A DNA stretch of 64,000 nucleotides from Rebecca billardiae RCC1528 (lineage: Eukaryota; Protista; Haptophyta). The position numbers and the translations under genes are program-made. The DNA is taken from contig OZ251236.1 of NCBI GenBank assembly GCA_965240325.2, positions 62,001 to 126,000 on the forward strand, written 5' to 3'. Below the pieces are notes generated by a model. The model was not told the origin of the DNA and did not search any database. It saw only the letters and a program-made list of their open reading frames with translations. How positions within the stretch are numbered: the stretch's first letter is position 1; each line of letters begins with the position of its first letter. Positions 1 through 9,604 of the stretch are shown here, piece by piece.

Positions 1-434
1 CGACGCTACTCGATCAGATCGGCGTGAGATCGAGCGCCGGACCGGTCAGACATCAGCAGCTCTGCCGTGGCAGCCGTGCCGGGCTCATTCTGACCTCGGT
101 ACGACTAATAATATAATATATAAGACGCGACCGCCGTAGTCAATAATCGCGGTAGCGCGCGCACATCATTCTCAGCGAGTAGATACTGAGGATGCCGATG
201 TATCATCGTATATATTCAGCATCACGTCGTCATGCTGCAGTAGATTATTTATTATTTAGACAGATAGACGACGCTCGCGGCGCGGAGTCGGTCGTCGTCA
301 CAGACGTCAGTCGTCATCGTCGCGTATGACTATTATTGCCGCCAGCAGGCACCGGCCGCAAGAGTCCGCAGGGCTCCCCCTGGCCCGCCGGGCGCATCGA
401 GCGGAGCGGGCCCGCCGCGGGCTGCACGCCGCGC

Positions 435-1312
435 TCAGACGCGCGTAGCGACGGGGCGCCCGGTCGCGACGGCGCCGCCGCGCGCCGAGGTGGGGTGGCC
501 CGCCACCGTCACCCGGCCGGCGCCTCCTGCTCGAGCGGCGGCGGAGGCGTGCTGCGCCGTCCGCGGCGCGGCGCGCGCGGCGGGCGGGGGCGCGTTCGCG
601 GCGGCGGCAAAGGCGGAGCCGACGGCGGCGGCGACCTGCTTGAGCCCGCCCGTCACCGCCTGGATCGAGCTGCTCAGCGTCACCGGCACGTACTCGACGA
701 ACAGCTCCTCGCGCCGCAGCAGCGAGGCGAACCCGCGGCCGCACGGCGCGCACGCCGCGTGTGCGTGCACGTACCACTCGCCCTCGGCGCGCTCGGCGAC
801 GTGGGCGAGCGCGCTGCGGTACCGGCCGAGCTGGGCGCGTCGGTACACCACGCGGAGGAAGAGCGCGGCGAGCAGCGGCAGCGCCGCCGCCGCGAGCGGG
901 ACGGGCACGCTCGGCACGCGCAGCGCGGCGGCGGCGACGCCGCCCGCCAGCACGAGGCCCGCCAGCGCGATTGCGATCTCGCCCCACTTGTCGGGCGGCC
1001 GCACGGCGTTGAGCGCGCCGAGGCCGCGGCGGCCCACCTCGTCGACCACGACGGCGGGGCCGTCGACGGGCTCGAAGCGCGGCGCGCCGCCGCACGGGCA
1101 GTCAAACGCGAGCAGCGCCGGCGCGCTCAGCCGGAAGAGGATGGCCTGCGGCGGCGGGGGCGCGGCGGCGGCGGCGCCGTGTCGGCGGGTCGGGTACGCG
1201 GCGGGGTGCGCGCGCACGCCGCGCGGCCTACCTGAGGCGCGCTCTTGTGCGGCACCTGCGCGTCGCGCGCGAAGGCGCTCGCGCCGCGAAAGGTGGGCGT
1301 GAGCGCCGCCAT
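435..1312 (-). CDS. Hypothetical membrane protein (2 exons: 1312-1256, 1145-435)
   Basis: The ATG at 1312 gives MAALTPTFRGASAFARDAQ. A GT-AG phase-0 intron (1255-1146) joins it to AILFRLSAP... of ORF 435..1337. Two hydrophobic helices (IAIALAGLVLAGGVAAAAL; VPLAAAALPLLAALFL). No family recognised. Confidence 0.55.
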
Positions 1313-1378
1313 GGCGGACTCTTCGTCTCTTCCCCACTTTGAACTTGGCAACCGCCGACTGGTTCGGTCCTTTCCACG

Positions 1379-2947
1379 ATGGAACACGCCTTCCCCAGGC
1401 TCTACGACGACGTCTCTCTCCAGCGGACCCTTAGGGGCCTCGCGTGGAACGCATCAAACAACGCACCACTTACGCAAACGCAGCGCATAATCCGCATCAA
1501 TAGGGTGTTCACGCCCAGCGCGCATCTCTCGCGAAAACAAGCACGAGAACAGCACCGCTACCGCAACATGAAACGCACTTCGACAGCACCTCTTGGCCCT
1601 CGGGCGCAAGCGCACACATCGGCAACGAGATCTCGGCAGAGAGGAGCGGTGAGACAGCATAACCAGAAGCACCCCCCCTCCCAGCGAACAGCGCACCTCA
1701 ACACACATGCGCCCTCCCAACAGGAGCAGCAACTCCAGACCAACCACGTGCCCGACACCGACCCGCCGCCAGAGGACGACCTTCCAGGCGCAGAGGGAGA
1801 GCGATGGGTGCTAGTGCGCAGCGGCTCCCGGCACGACACGGTGCGTCGCACACACATACCCCCCGCGACATGCCCCGCCGTCTCTCCCATTGGGGACTTA
1901 GCCGCGCCGGGCGAGCGTAAATCGCGCGTGGGCGGCCGTTTCGCGCCATTAGCGGCTTTTGCGCCAGAAACGCTCACCGCTAACCCGGACGGGCCGGCGA
2001 AATGCGCGGACGAAAGTCCGGAGCACCGGGCGCGCGCGCCGGATTTGCCGGGCCGGGCGGAGGCGAGGCGTAAAAACCCACTGCCGGTCGCGGGCGTCGC
2101 CAGAACGACGATGGCTGCGACGCAACCGCGACGCCCTGCGCCCGAGGCACTGGCCCGCGGAATGGCTGGCTCGACCGACGGGCCTACCGAGCAGGCGGGG
2201 ACCGTGCGGCCGCGAGAGATGGGGATGGAGAGAGCGCAACCGCAGGCGCAGCGGCAGCGCGTAGACGGCCAGCACGCTGGCGGCTCGACGGAAGATGCGC
2301 CGCGCGGGGCGGTGAAGCTCGAGGACGCTGTGAACAGGAACAACCGCTCAAAGCCCCCCGGGACATGGCAGGCAGCTGCCCGGGGTCCCAGCTGTCTGAA
2401 AGTGCCGAACCGGCCCAGCAGTACCAGGACAGCTGGGAACTACTGCCCTGGCTGGACGCAGCCCCGCAAACACACCCGTGCGCTCAGGTTCGTACTAATG
2501 TGCAGCACCAGAGCACGTTCACGCACCTGCCCTGCGCATCTGCGACGGGCCGGACGACTGCGAAAAGGCAGCACTAGTAGTAGTAGGAGGAAGAGTAGGA
2601 GGAAGACTAGCAGGCATCGAAATCGTCACATCGCCCAAGCCCGGCCGGCACCAGGTGCATCGGTCGATCCATCAAGATTGCCCAGGCAGCGGCCTAAGGG
2701 CAACACAGCACCACCAACAGCAAGGCATGTGCCACTGCGCCGCACTATGTCCTACCACCGGACAGCACTGCCGGTAACCAGGCGTACAGTTCTGGCCTAT
2801 GGGCGCAAGCTTCTGCAGCACGCCGCCAGCAGGGTAGCAGTGCTCTCACAGCCCAGCAGACCAGGCCACGCGGACGCGCAGTGCGCCCAGCCCCCATACC
2901 ACAACAGTGATCGGCAGCAGCCCACACCCCGACCGGTGCCAAAATGA
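1379..2947 (+). CDS. Putative LINE ORF1 (basic, low-complexity, no recognised domain)
   Basis: 522-codon open frame immediately upstream of ORF2. Its TGA overlaps the ORF2 start in ATGA (2944-2947). No RRM or zinc knuckle recognisable. Confidence 0.4.
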   Translation: MEHAFPRLYDDVSLQRTLRGLAWNASNNAPLTQTQRIIRINRVFTPSAHLSRKQAREQHRYRNMKRTSTAPLGPRAQAHTSATRSRQRGAVRQHNQKHPPSQRTAHLNTHAPSQQEQQLQTNHVPDTDPPPEDDLPGAEGERWVLVRSGSRHDTVRRTHIPPATCPAVSPIGDLAAPGERKSRVGGRFAPLAAFAPETLTANPDGPAKCADESPEHRARAPDLPGRAEARRKNPLPVAGVARTTMAATQPRRPAPEALARGMAGSTDGPTEQAGTVRPREMGMERAQPQAQRQRVDGQHAGGSTEDAPRGAVKLEDAVNRNNRSKPPGTWQAAARGPSCLKVPNRPSSTRTAGNYCPGWTQPRKHTRALRFVLMCSTRARSRTCPAHLRRAGRLRKGSTSSSRRKSRRKTSRHRNRHIAQARPAPGASVDPSRLPRQRPKGNTAPPTARHVPLRRTMSYHRTALPVTRRTVLAYGRKLLQHAASRVAVLSQPSRPGHADAQCAQPPYHNSDRQQPTPRPVPK

Positions 2948-5900
2948 TTCAGGGGCATCGCCAGGCTGGCACTGCCAGGCAGACAAGTGAGCAGGCTGCA
3001 GCGGGAAGGCCACAGGCGAGGGGCTCAGGCAACAGGGCTGAGGAACGTTCGCTCACAATCGCCTGTGGGAACGTAGGGGGCATGGCAGGCTTGACACGCA
3101 GGGCAAGACTGCAGAGCATCCTGGACACCAAGCGCTGGGACATCGTTCTGCTCCAAGAGACCGCACTCACTAGAGACAAAGCCACTCAGGACATCCTTAG
3201 TGGCTATACGACCTACCACGACCCAATGCCCCCCAACTCGTGCTCAGGCAGAGGAGTGGCAATAGCAGTGCGGAAGGATGGCAGGCTGCCTCTCTCCAGG
3301 CTGGAGGTGACCCGAAGCGGCACTGAAGGCGGCCAGGACACTGCCGGATACATGCTCCAGGGGCGCCTGGTCTTCACCACCGCCAGGGGTACCAGCTTTG
3401 TGGTGGAGGCCACATCCTTCTACATCCCCCCTAACAGTAACCGCAACAGAGCAACTATACTGCCATGGGTAACAGAAGTCCTCCGCACGGGCACCCCGCT
3501 ACACACGGGCCGACAAGATCTCCTCAGGCTTGCAGGAGGGGACGCCAATGGCACTTGGGAGGTCGGCGAGGCACTTAGGCGGCTCGACACAACACGCGCG
3601 TTCACCGCTCACCGACCAGGGGATTTCAAAGCGGCCATGGAGACAGTGACTGACCTTCACAACATGAAACCAACCGGCAGTTTCAACCCTGCCACCGAAT
3701 ACACCCACTCGAGTGGCAACACCCTGGCCCGACTGGACTACATATTCACCAACATGGCAGAGCTAACGCAACACTTTTGGCACTCGGACCCTCTCCTGGA
3801 GGACGCATGCATCCCTGCGCTCCCCAACGGGGACGGGAGCACCCACCATTTTATCCAGGGTAGAATCCCACTGCACAAGCTGCGGGGGGCCACCAGGCCT
3901 GTGGTCCACGAGCTCTACAGGCCATACAGGTTCTACATAAACCTGGCACACGGAGAGACGGTCAAGGAACTCAAAGCCGCATTATCCGACCCCGTAGAGA
4001 GCGACATCAGGCGGCTGGACGACGTCCACACCCATGCACACCTGTTCGCAGCCCCAGTTGCGACGATTACTGCAGCTCCGCCACAAGTGGTGAGCGACAT
4101 GGAGGAAGCCCTCCCTGCCGTCCTGGAGTGGCTCGCCTCCGTAGCAACTGACAGAGTCACGTCTGCACTCGACTCCAGCCAGCAGCCACGGGAGACCACA
4201 GTAGCCCCTGGCAGGCGGGCCCCCAAAGCGATCGCGCCGAATGCCCTCAGGGATTTCAAACTGGGGAATGCGTACCGCCGCCAGGTCGCAGTGATCACCA
4301 GGCTGCAGCAAATCCGCCCAGGTGCTAGCGAGCAGCACGGGGAAGTGCACACAGGCTTCAGGTACAGCAGCCACAGCAGGCATGGGCGACTTGCGGAGCC
4401 GGTGCGCCTGGCAAAAGCACTGGACAGTTATGAATCGGCACTGACTACCGCAAACGCCCCCCCTGAGGGTATGCCCCAGCCGCTCGGCTTGCCTTTCCCC
4501 ACCCTGGAGGCCATCTACCAGGCTGGGCCCGCCTCGACAGCACAGTGGCTGTCGGAACTGAAAGCACGACAAGCCTTGCACCAAAATGAATACGAGCTCC
4601 TGCAGCGCGAGCACGAGGACACTCTTGCCAAGGACAGGACGAGAAAAATCCAAGACGACATGCGGAGGAAATGCACCCGCCACTTTCGCAAAATGCTCTT
4701 CCCCAAATCAAACCATGCTGGATTCGAGATGATGATGCTCAATGACCTGGACGCTGGCAGTGGGAAAATTACCTCCGACCCAAGCAAAATCAAACGATAC
4801 GCAGAGGCGCACACGGCGAACAACGTGGGGACAGCGCCGAGCTGCAGGCAGGGGCCTGCCATAGAGGATACAAATGAAGCAGTCTGGGAAGAGATCCAAA
4901 GCAGATGGACTCCGGCCCAGCGAGCGCTGGAAAGCTCCCTGCTGGACCTGGAAGGCCTGCGCTCCCTCCTGGCAAAAGCTGACTCGAACGCTGCCCCTGG
5001 TTTGGACGGGATCCAAGTATGCGCCTTGAAACTCTTGATAAAGATCAACAAAGCCTTTGAAGGCATCTTGGTCAACATCGTCAACACAATCCTCCGCGCA
5101 GCGGCTGTACCAGCCCACCTCAAAGACGCAGAGCTTGCCTACTTCTACAAAGGCAAAGGGGACCCTCACGATCTGAACAATTATAGGGGAGTGGCACTCC
5201 AAAGCACTGTGTACAAACTGGCGGCAGCACACAGGGCGAGATGCATCCAGTCGATCTGTGACCAGCTGGGTCTGATCTCGCCGGAACAAGCAGCAGCGAG
5301 CAAGCACGGGCAGCCGGAGCTCCAAGTGGCGGCACTGGTGGCAGCCATGACCCATGCCAAGGCCAGTTCTGCCGAGATCCACGTCACTACATGTGATATA
5401 AGCAAGGCCTTTGACAGAGTGCCCCATGAGTCGCTGAGGAAGGCCCTTCTCCTGCACGGCTTCTCCGCCCAACTAATTGATGAACTTGACCGACTGGACG
5501 CTCACTCTGTGGCCACCACCAGGACCCCCTATGGCCACACTGACAAAGTGCCGATACTGCGTGGGTGCAAGCAAGGCTGCCCGCTAAGTCCCATAAAATT
5601 CTGTCTCTTCATGAACATGTTCATTGCATCCTACTCAGCCAGCCACCCTGACCATGGATACTCGTTTCCAGCCGCCAGGCATGACGCTGGCGCAGGAGAC
5701 TCCCTGAAGGTGCGCATCTTGGGGTACATGGACGACATAGCTTTCCTTGCAGAGTCAGAGACGGACAGCGCCGCCCAAGTGCGCGCACTGGGACTATTCC
5801 TCAGCGCTCACGGCATGGCACTCAACCCCTCGAAGTGTGTGCACGCAAAGAAAGGAAGGGGCAGAGGGGCGCACGGCGCGCCTCCTCTGCCCCCCCTCCG

Positions 5901-8900
5901 CGTTGAGATAGCCGGTGAGCAGGCCACTGTCCCCTCCATCGGACCAGACACCCACTTTGAGTACCTCGGATACGTCCTCACCCTCCACCTCGATTGGTCA
6001 AGGCACGCCGCAAAACTGGAGACAAAGCTGCGCGCGGCCTCCTGGAAAGTGGCAGTAGCGGCCAGGGACCCGGCCTGCCACACTGTGACCACAGGCACTC
6101 TCCTCCAGCATGATGTGGTCTCTGTGGCAGGCTACTACCTGGCTGCGAGCGATGTGCGCCGCTACGGCATCACAGACAAAATGCGCGCCATCGTGATGGA
6201 CATCGTGTGGGGCAGAGCTGGTCTCCCGCCCTCCGCGGCCCGCATAGCAGGCAGTGGGCCAGCCCCCAGCATGGGGATAGGCCCGGAGGAGCCGAGCGCC
6301 CTGCAGGCCGGGGTGCAAGCGGCTGCCCTCCTTCGGACTGCCAACAGCCCCACACAAGTGGGCCTGCTCACCAGGACCTGCCTGGAGGCACACCGACAAC
6401 AACCGGCCAACGGAACACTGGCGCCCCCTGCAGTGAGAGGCGGAATGGAGGCCCTGTCGCTCGCGCCCAGGGGCACAGAGCCATGGCTGCTGGCCTGCTC
6501 CGCAACACTGGCCAACCTGACCCTGCGAGAGGCCTGCAGGTCCCCCCTCATCCCTAGCAGGGCCTCTGATCAGGAGAGACTCGTGGAGCTGTTAGCGGAC
6601 TGGGACGCGCGGGACTACGCAGCCCTGGGCGACACCCCCATGGGCACCCTGCTGCAGGCTGCAAGTGCAGGGGGAGACGGCCAGCCTAGCCTGATGGAGC
6701 GCAGCATCCTGAGCGATAATGGCACGTCCATGGAACGCCTGCTCAACGCACAGGGCACCCCAGCTCTCAGCCATCTCACACACACTGGCAGCAGCATGGT
6801 GTGGACGGCTGTGCAGCACCACGCAGGAGCTGCGGAAGCAATGGCAGGCCTCATTGTCCGCACTGCGGTAAAACTGGCCACGAGCCCCGCAAATTTCCTG
6901 TACACCGCCCATCTGCAGGAAGCCAGAACGGCCGCCTATGAGGCAGATGTGCCCACTGCACCAGCAGACGTGACCCAGGCAGCAGCCACCGTCACAGCGG
7001 GGGTAGATGGGTCGTACAAGCCAGACACAGCCACAGGGGCCGCTGGGGCCGCCTACATTGTACATGCCCGTGGCGCAGGCCGGCTGCGAGACCAGGAGTG
7101 CGTGCGCCTGGCAAGTGCCACATACCACGGGCAGCAGACTGCAGCCAACTCGGAGGTGGCATCTGCCACACTCCTCACCAAACTCCTGGCTGGCCTACCA
7201 GGTAGCACCATTCATGTCAGCTGGGACTGCGACGATGCACTCAAGCACCTCCTCTGGGCCAGGCCAGCGTTGGACTCCGCAGCAGGGGGCCAGGCAGCCC
7301 AGCCAAATACCACCCGCCCCCCAGGCTGGGAGCCCAGAATGAGCAAGAATCAGGCCCACAACCCGCACATGTCCAGGCTCCTGCATGTGATTGACGAGTG
7401 CTCTCGCGGCACCACCTGGATGTACTACCCCCAAATGAGCGGCCACTCACGCGGAAGGGGTGGACCATCACTGGACGATATGGTGCGCGAAATTCTCCAG
7501 CCGGAACCGGACGCGTCGGGCGGCACCTACACAGTGCCCCCTCCCCAGCTGGCATCGCTGCGCAGAGCCACCAGGGCCTTCGTGGGCACCGAACCTTCCT
7601 CCGAAGACGTGGACCGCACTGTATGCAACCTGTGTGCGGACTGGGCAGCCAAGCGAGTGGCTGTAGATGGCATGGACCCATCACACATGCTAGGAAAGAA
7701 CGTCTGGCTCCCTGCAGCATATGGGCTGGTGGACACTGCAGGGGCTCTCCTGCAGTCAGGGCCCCTCCCCGTCAGGAGGCTGGTAATAGAGCGCGCCCGC
7801 AGAGCAGCCCTGGAGGCGCGCCTGGATCCCACCCCTGGCAACGACGAGTCCCCCGAACAGGCGGCAGAGAGGCAGCGCAGGAGCGCCAAGTACGCCATCA
7901 AGATGGGGGACGACTCCCTACACACCCAGGAATCCACCCTCTCGCTGCGGAACCAGTTCACCAAGCCAGAGCGCCTCACCAAGTTCGTCCTCAGGTGCTG
8001 CGTCGGGGCGCTGGAGTATAATCAAGATGCTGCAGGGGCCAACCCAGGATTGGATGCAGTCCCATATAGCCAGCAATGGCCGGACTGCACGCTGGGCACC
8101 GACTGTCTGTTCTGCCTCGAGGCAGGATCGGACGCCCCTGGGCCGGACTCTGCCACGCACGTCTTCTGTGACTGCCCCCACGCCGACGCCAGGAGCATGG
8201 CACAGCATAGCATCATCCGGATGCTTGACAAGCGCACTGGCGGCAGGATGCCGATGCAAGACAGGCAAGACCTGGCAGAGCAGGCTACAGCCCACCGGCA
8301 CTACTATGCGGGCCAGATCCCCAAGGCAGTAGTGGCAGCCGCCCAGGAGAGCGCAAAACAGTACCCCTGGCGGACCGCGCGGGACGGGGGAGACAGTAAC
8401 AGCGCCTCTGCCGATGCAGACCAGTCAGACGAGCAGGATGGCCAGCCAGCCGGGCGGGACGGCAGCTACAAGGTGGGAAGCTTACACTCTACCATCGTCA
8501 GCGTCACCACCCACATCCACCACAAGCGCCTCGAGCTAGCTACAGCTGGGACGGAGGGCCGCCAGCGCCGGTACGACCTCGCGCACTTCCTCACCGCTCT
8601 CCGCCGCGGCCGCCTCACAGGGGGAGCGAGCCCCAGAGATGGGCAGACCCAGGGATCGTCCGCCAGCGGCCCAAGACTCACACCCTCCCCTGACCGAACA
8701 CAGGGCCCCCGACCCCCATCAAGCAGCCAGGAGGGCCCAGCAGGGGGGCGCCAGCCCCCGGCCGGCAGCAGGGCCCCTCCACCCCCTGGCCCACTGGCCC
8801 AGCAGGAACCTGGCCAACAGGCCCTCAATGCCTACTATGCAGCAGCTGAACTGCAGGATGCTGACGTCGATGGCACTGGTGCCAACTGCGGGTTCCTTGC

Positions 8901-9423
8901 GGTACTGGGCGTCACCCGCGCAGGGGCCCGCGAAGACCCAGCAGGGGCAACCAGGAGCGCCCAGGCACTGAGGCAAGCCACCGTACAGCACGCCCTGTCC
9001 CTGAGTGCGCAGCACCAGGGGGTCCTGGCGGCCGCAGTGGCCCTCCAGCCGGCCCACCTCGAGCCCGATGGGAGCGCACAGAGGGCAGCAGCAGCGGCTG
9101 CCACCCTGGGCACGGTTCGAGAGGCTGGCACCCCGTTGGCAGATGCACTCCTCCCCTGTGTGGCAGCAGGGGCGAACACCACAGTCGTCCTGGTCACCAG
9201 AGACCCTCACACCGGCGCCCCTCTTCGTATGGTCCAGGTCTTCCACAGCCCAGGCTCCCCCCAGTACAACCGGCACGACCCGCTGCACATTGAGGTGCTA
9301 CCCTGGCCCCAAGTGGCCACCAGGCTGGCAGCGGGCGCACTCGGACAGACCAGGGTCATCTCTCACTGGAGAGGCCATTACAGGACCACAGTCCCAAGGG
9401 CACTGCCAGGTCAGGCCCACTGA
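2944..9423 (+). CDS. LINE ORF2 polyprotein: AP endonuclease + reverse transcriptase + RNase H + CCHC finger + C-terminal OTU-like domain
   Basis: APE: IACGNVGG, DIVLLQET, GGDANG, RLDYIF. RT: APGLDGI, NYRGVAL, DISKAFDRV, GCKQGCPLSP, YMDD, FEYLG. RNase H: VDGS, NSEV, WDC, GHS, NLCADWAAK. CCHC: CLFC...HVFCDC. OTU-like: VDGTGANCGFLA...HWRGHY. Confidence 0.93.
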   Translation: MIQGHRQAGTARQTSEQAAAGRPQARGSGNRAEERSLTIACGNVGGMAGLTRRARLQSILDTKRWDIVLLQETALTRDKATQDILSGYTTYHDPMPPNSCSGRGVAIAVRKDGRLPLSRLEVTRSGTEGGQDTAGYMLQGRLVFTTARGTSFVVEATSFYIPPNSNRNRATILPWVTEVLRTGTPLHTGRQDLLRLAGGDANGTWEVGEALRRLDTTRAFTAHRPGDFKAAMETVTDLHNMKPTGSFNPATEYTHSSGNTLARLDYIFTNMAELTQHFWHSDPLLEDACIPALPNGDGSTHHFIQGRIPLHKLRGATRPVVHELYRPYRFYINLAHGETVKELKAALSDPVESDIRRLDDVHTHAHLFAAPVATITAAPPQVVSDMEEALPAVLEWLASVATDRVTSALDSSQQPRETTVAPGRRAPKAIAPNALRDFKLGNAYRRQVAVITRLQQIRPGASEQHGEVHTGFRYSSHSRHGRLAEPVRLAKALDSYESALTTANAPPEGMPQPLGLPFPTLEAIYQAGPASTAQWLSELKARQALHQNEYELLQREHEDTLAKDRTRKIQDDMRRKCTRHFRKMLFPKSNHAGFEMMMLNDLDAGSGKITSDPSKIKRYAEAHTANNVGTAPSCRQGPAIEDTNEAVWEEIQSRWTPAQRALESSLLDLEGLRSLLAKADSNAAPGLDGIQVCALKLLIKINKAFEGILVNIVNTILRAAAVPAHLKDAELAYFYKGKGDPHDLNNYRGVALQSTVYKLAAAHRARCIQSICDQLGLISPEQAAASKHGQPELQVAALVAAMTHAKASSAEIHVTTCDISKAFDRVPHESLRKALLLHGFSAQLIDELDRLDAHSVATTRTPYGHTDKVPILRGCKQGCPLSPIKFCLFMNMFIASYSASHPDHGYSFPAARHDAGAGDSLKVRILGYMDDIAFLAESETDSAAQVRALGLFLSAHGMALNPSKCVHAKKGRGRGAHGAPPLPPLRVEIAGEQATVPSIGPDTHFEYLGYVLTLHLDWSRHAAKLETKLRAASWKVAVAARDPACHTVTTGTLLQHDVVSVAGYYLAASDVRRYGITDKMRAIVMDIVWGRAGLPPSAARIAGSGPAPSMGIGPEEPSALQAGVQAAALLRTANSPTQVGLLTRTCLEAHRQQPANGTLAPPAVRGGMEALSLAPRGTEPWLLACSATLANLTLREACRSPLIPSRASDQERLVELLADWDARDYAALGDTPMGTLLQAASAGGDGQPSLMERSILSDNGTSMERLLNAQGTPALSHLTHTGSSMVWTAVQHHAGAAEAMAGLIVRTAVKLATSPANFLYTAHLQEARTAAYEADVPTAPADVTQAAATVTAGVDGSYKPDTATGAAGAAYIVHARGAGRLRDQECVRLASATYHGQQTAANSEVASATLLTKLLAGLPGSTIHVSWDCDDALKHLLWARPALDSAAGGQAAQPNTTRPPGWEPRMSKNQAHNPHMSRLLHVIDECSRGTTWMYYPQMSGHSRGRGGPSLDDMVREILQPEPDASGGTYTVPPPQLASLRRATRAFVGTEPSSEDVDRTVCNLCADWAAKRVAVDGMDPSHMLGKNVWLPAAYGLVDTAGALLQSGPLPVRRLVIERARRAALEARLDPTPGNDESPEQAAERQRRSAKYAIKMGDDSLHTQESTLSLRNQFTKPERLTKFVLRCCVGALEYNQDAAGANPGLDAVPYSQQWPDCTLGTDCLFCLEAGSDAPGPDSATHVFCDCPHADARSMAQHSIIRMLDKRTGGRMPMQDRQDLAEQATAHRHYYAGQIPKAVVAAAQESAKQYPWRTARDGGDSNSASADADQSDEQDGQPAGRDGSYKVGSLHSTIVSVTTHIHHKRLELATAGTEGRQRRYDLAHFLTALRRGRLTGGASPRDGQTQGSSASGPRLTPSPDRTQGPRPPSSSQEGPAGGRQPPAGSRAPPPPGPLAQQEPGQQALNAYYAAAELQDADVDGTGANCGFLAVLGVTRAGAREDPAGATRSAQALRQATVQHALSLSAQHQGVLAAAVALQPAHLEPDGSAQRAAAAAATLGTVREAGTPLADALLPCVAAGANTTVVLVTRDPHTGAPLRMVQVFHSPGSPQYNRHDPLHIEVLPWPQVATRLAAGALGQTRVISHWRGHYRTTVPRALPGQAH

Positions 9424-9499
9424 GGCCACGGGCCCGCAGGCAGAACTCAGGCTGGCCAGAGGCCCCTGCTGGGGAGGGTGGGGGAACTGCCCAAGCGCC

Positions 9500-9525
9500 G
9501 GGGGGGGGGGGGGGGGGGGGGGGGG
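9500..9525 (+). repeat. Poly-G tract (26 nt) in LINE 3' UTR
   Basis: Uninterrupted G run, preceded by further G-rich runs at ~9471-9485. Confidence 0.9.
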
Positions 9526-9604
9526 AGGAGGACGAGCTCAACCAGAACCACCAGGCCCAGCAGAGACACGTCCATCCCCCACAAGTACCGGAACCAGTCC
9601 CCGA

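Noticed and set aside
1330-1420. HDV-like ribozyme at the LINE 5' end
   Set aside because: Only a small hairpin (TTCCA-CGA-TGGAA) is visible; I could not build the nested pseudoknot.
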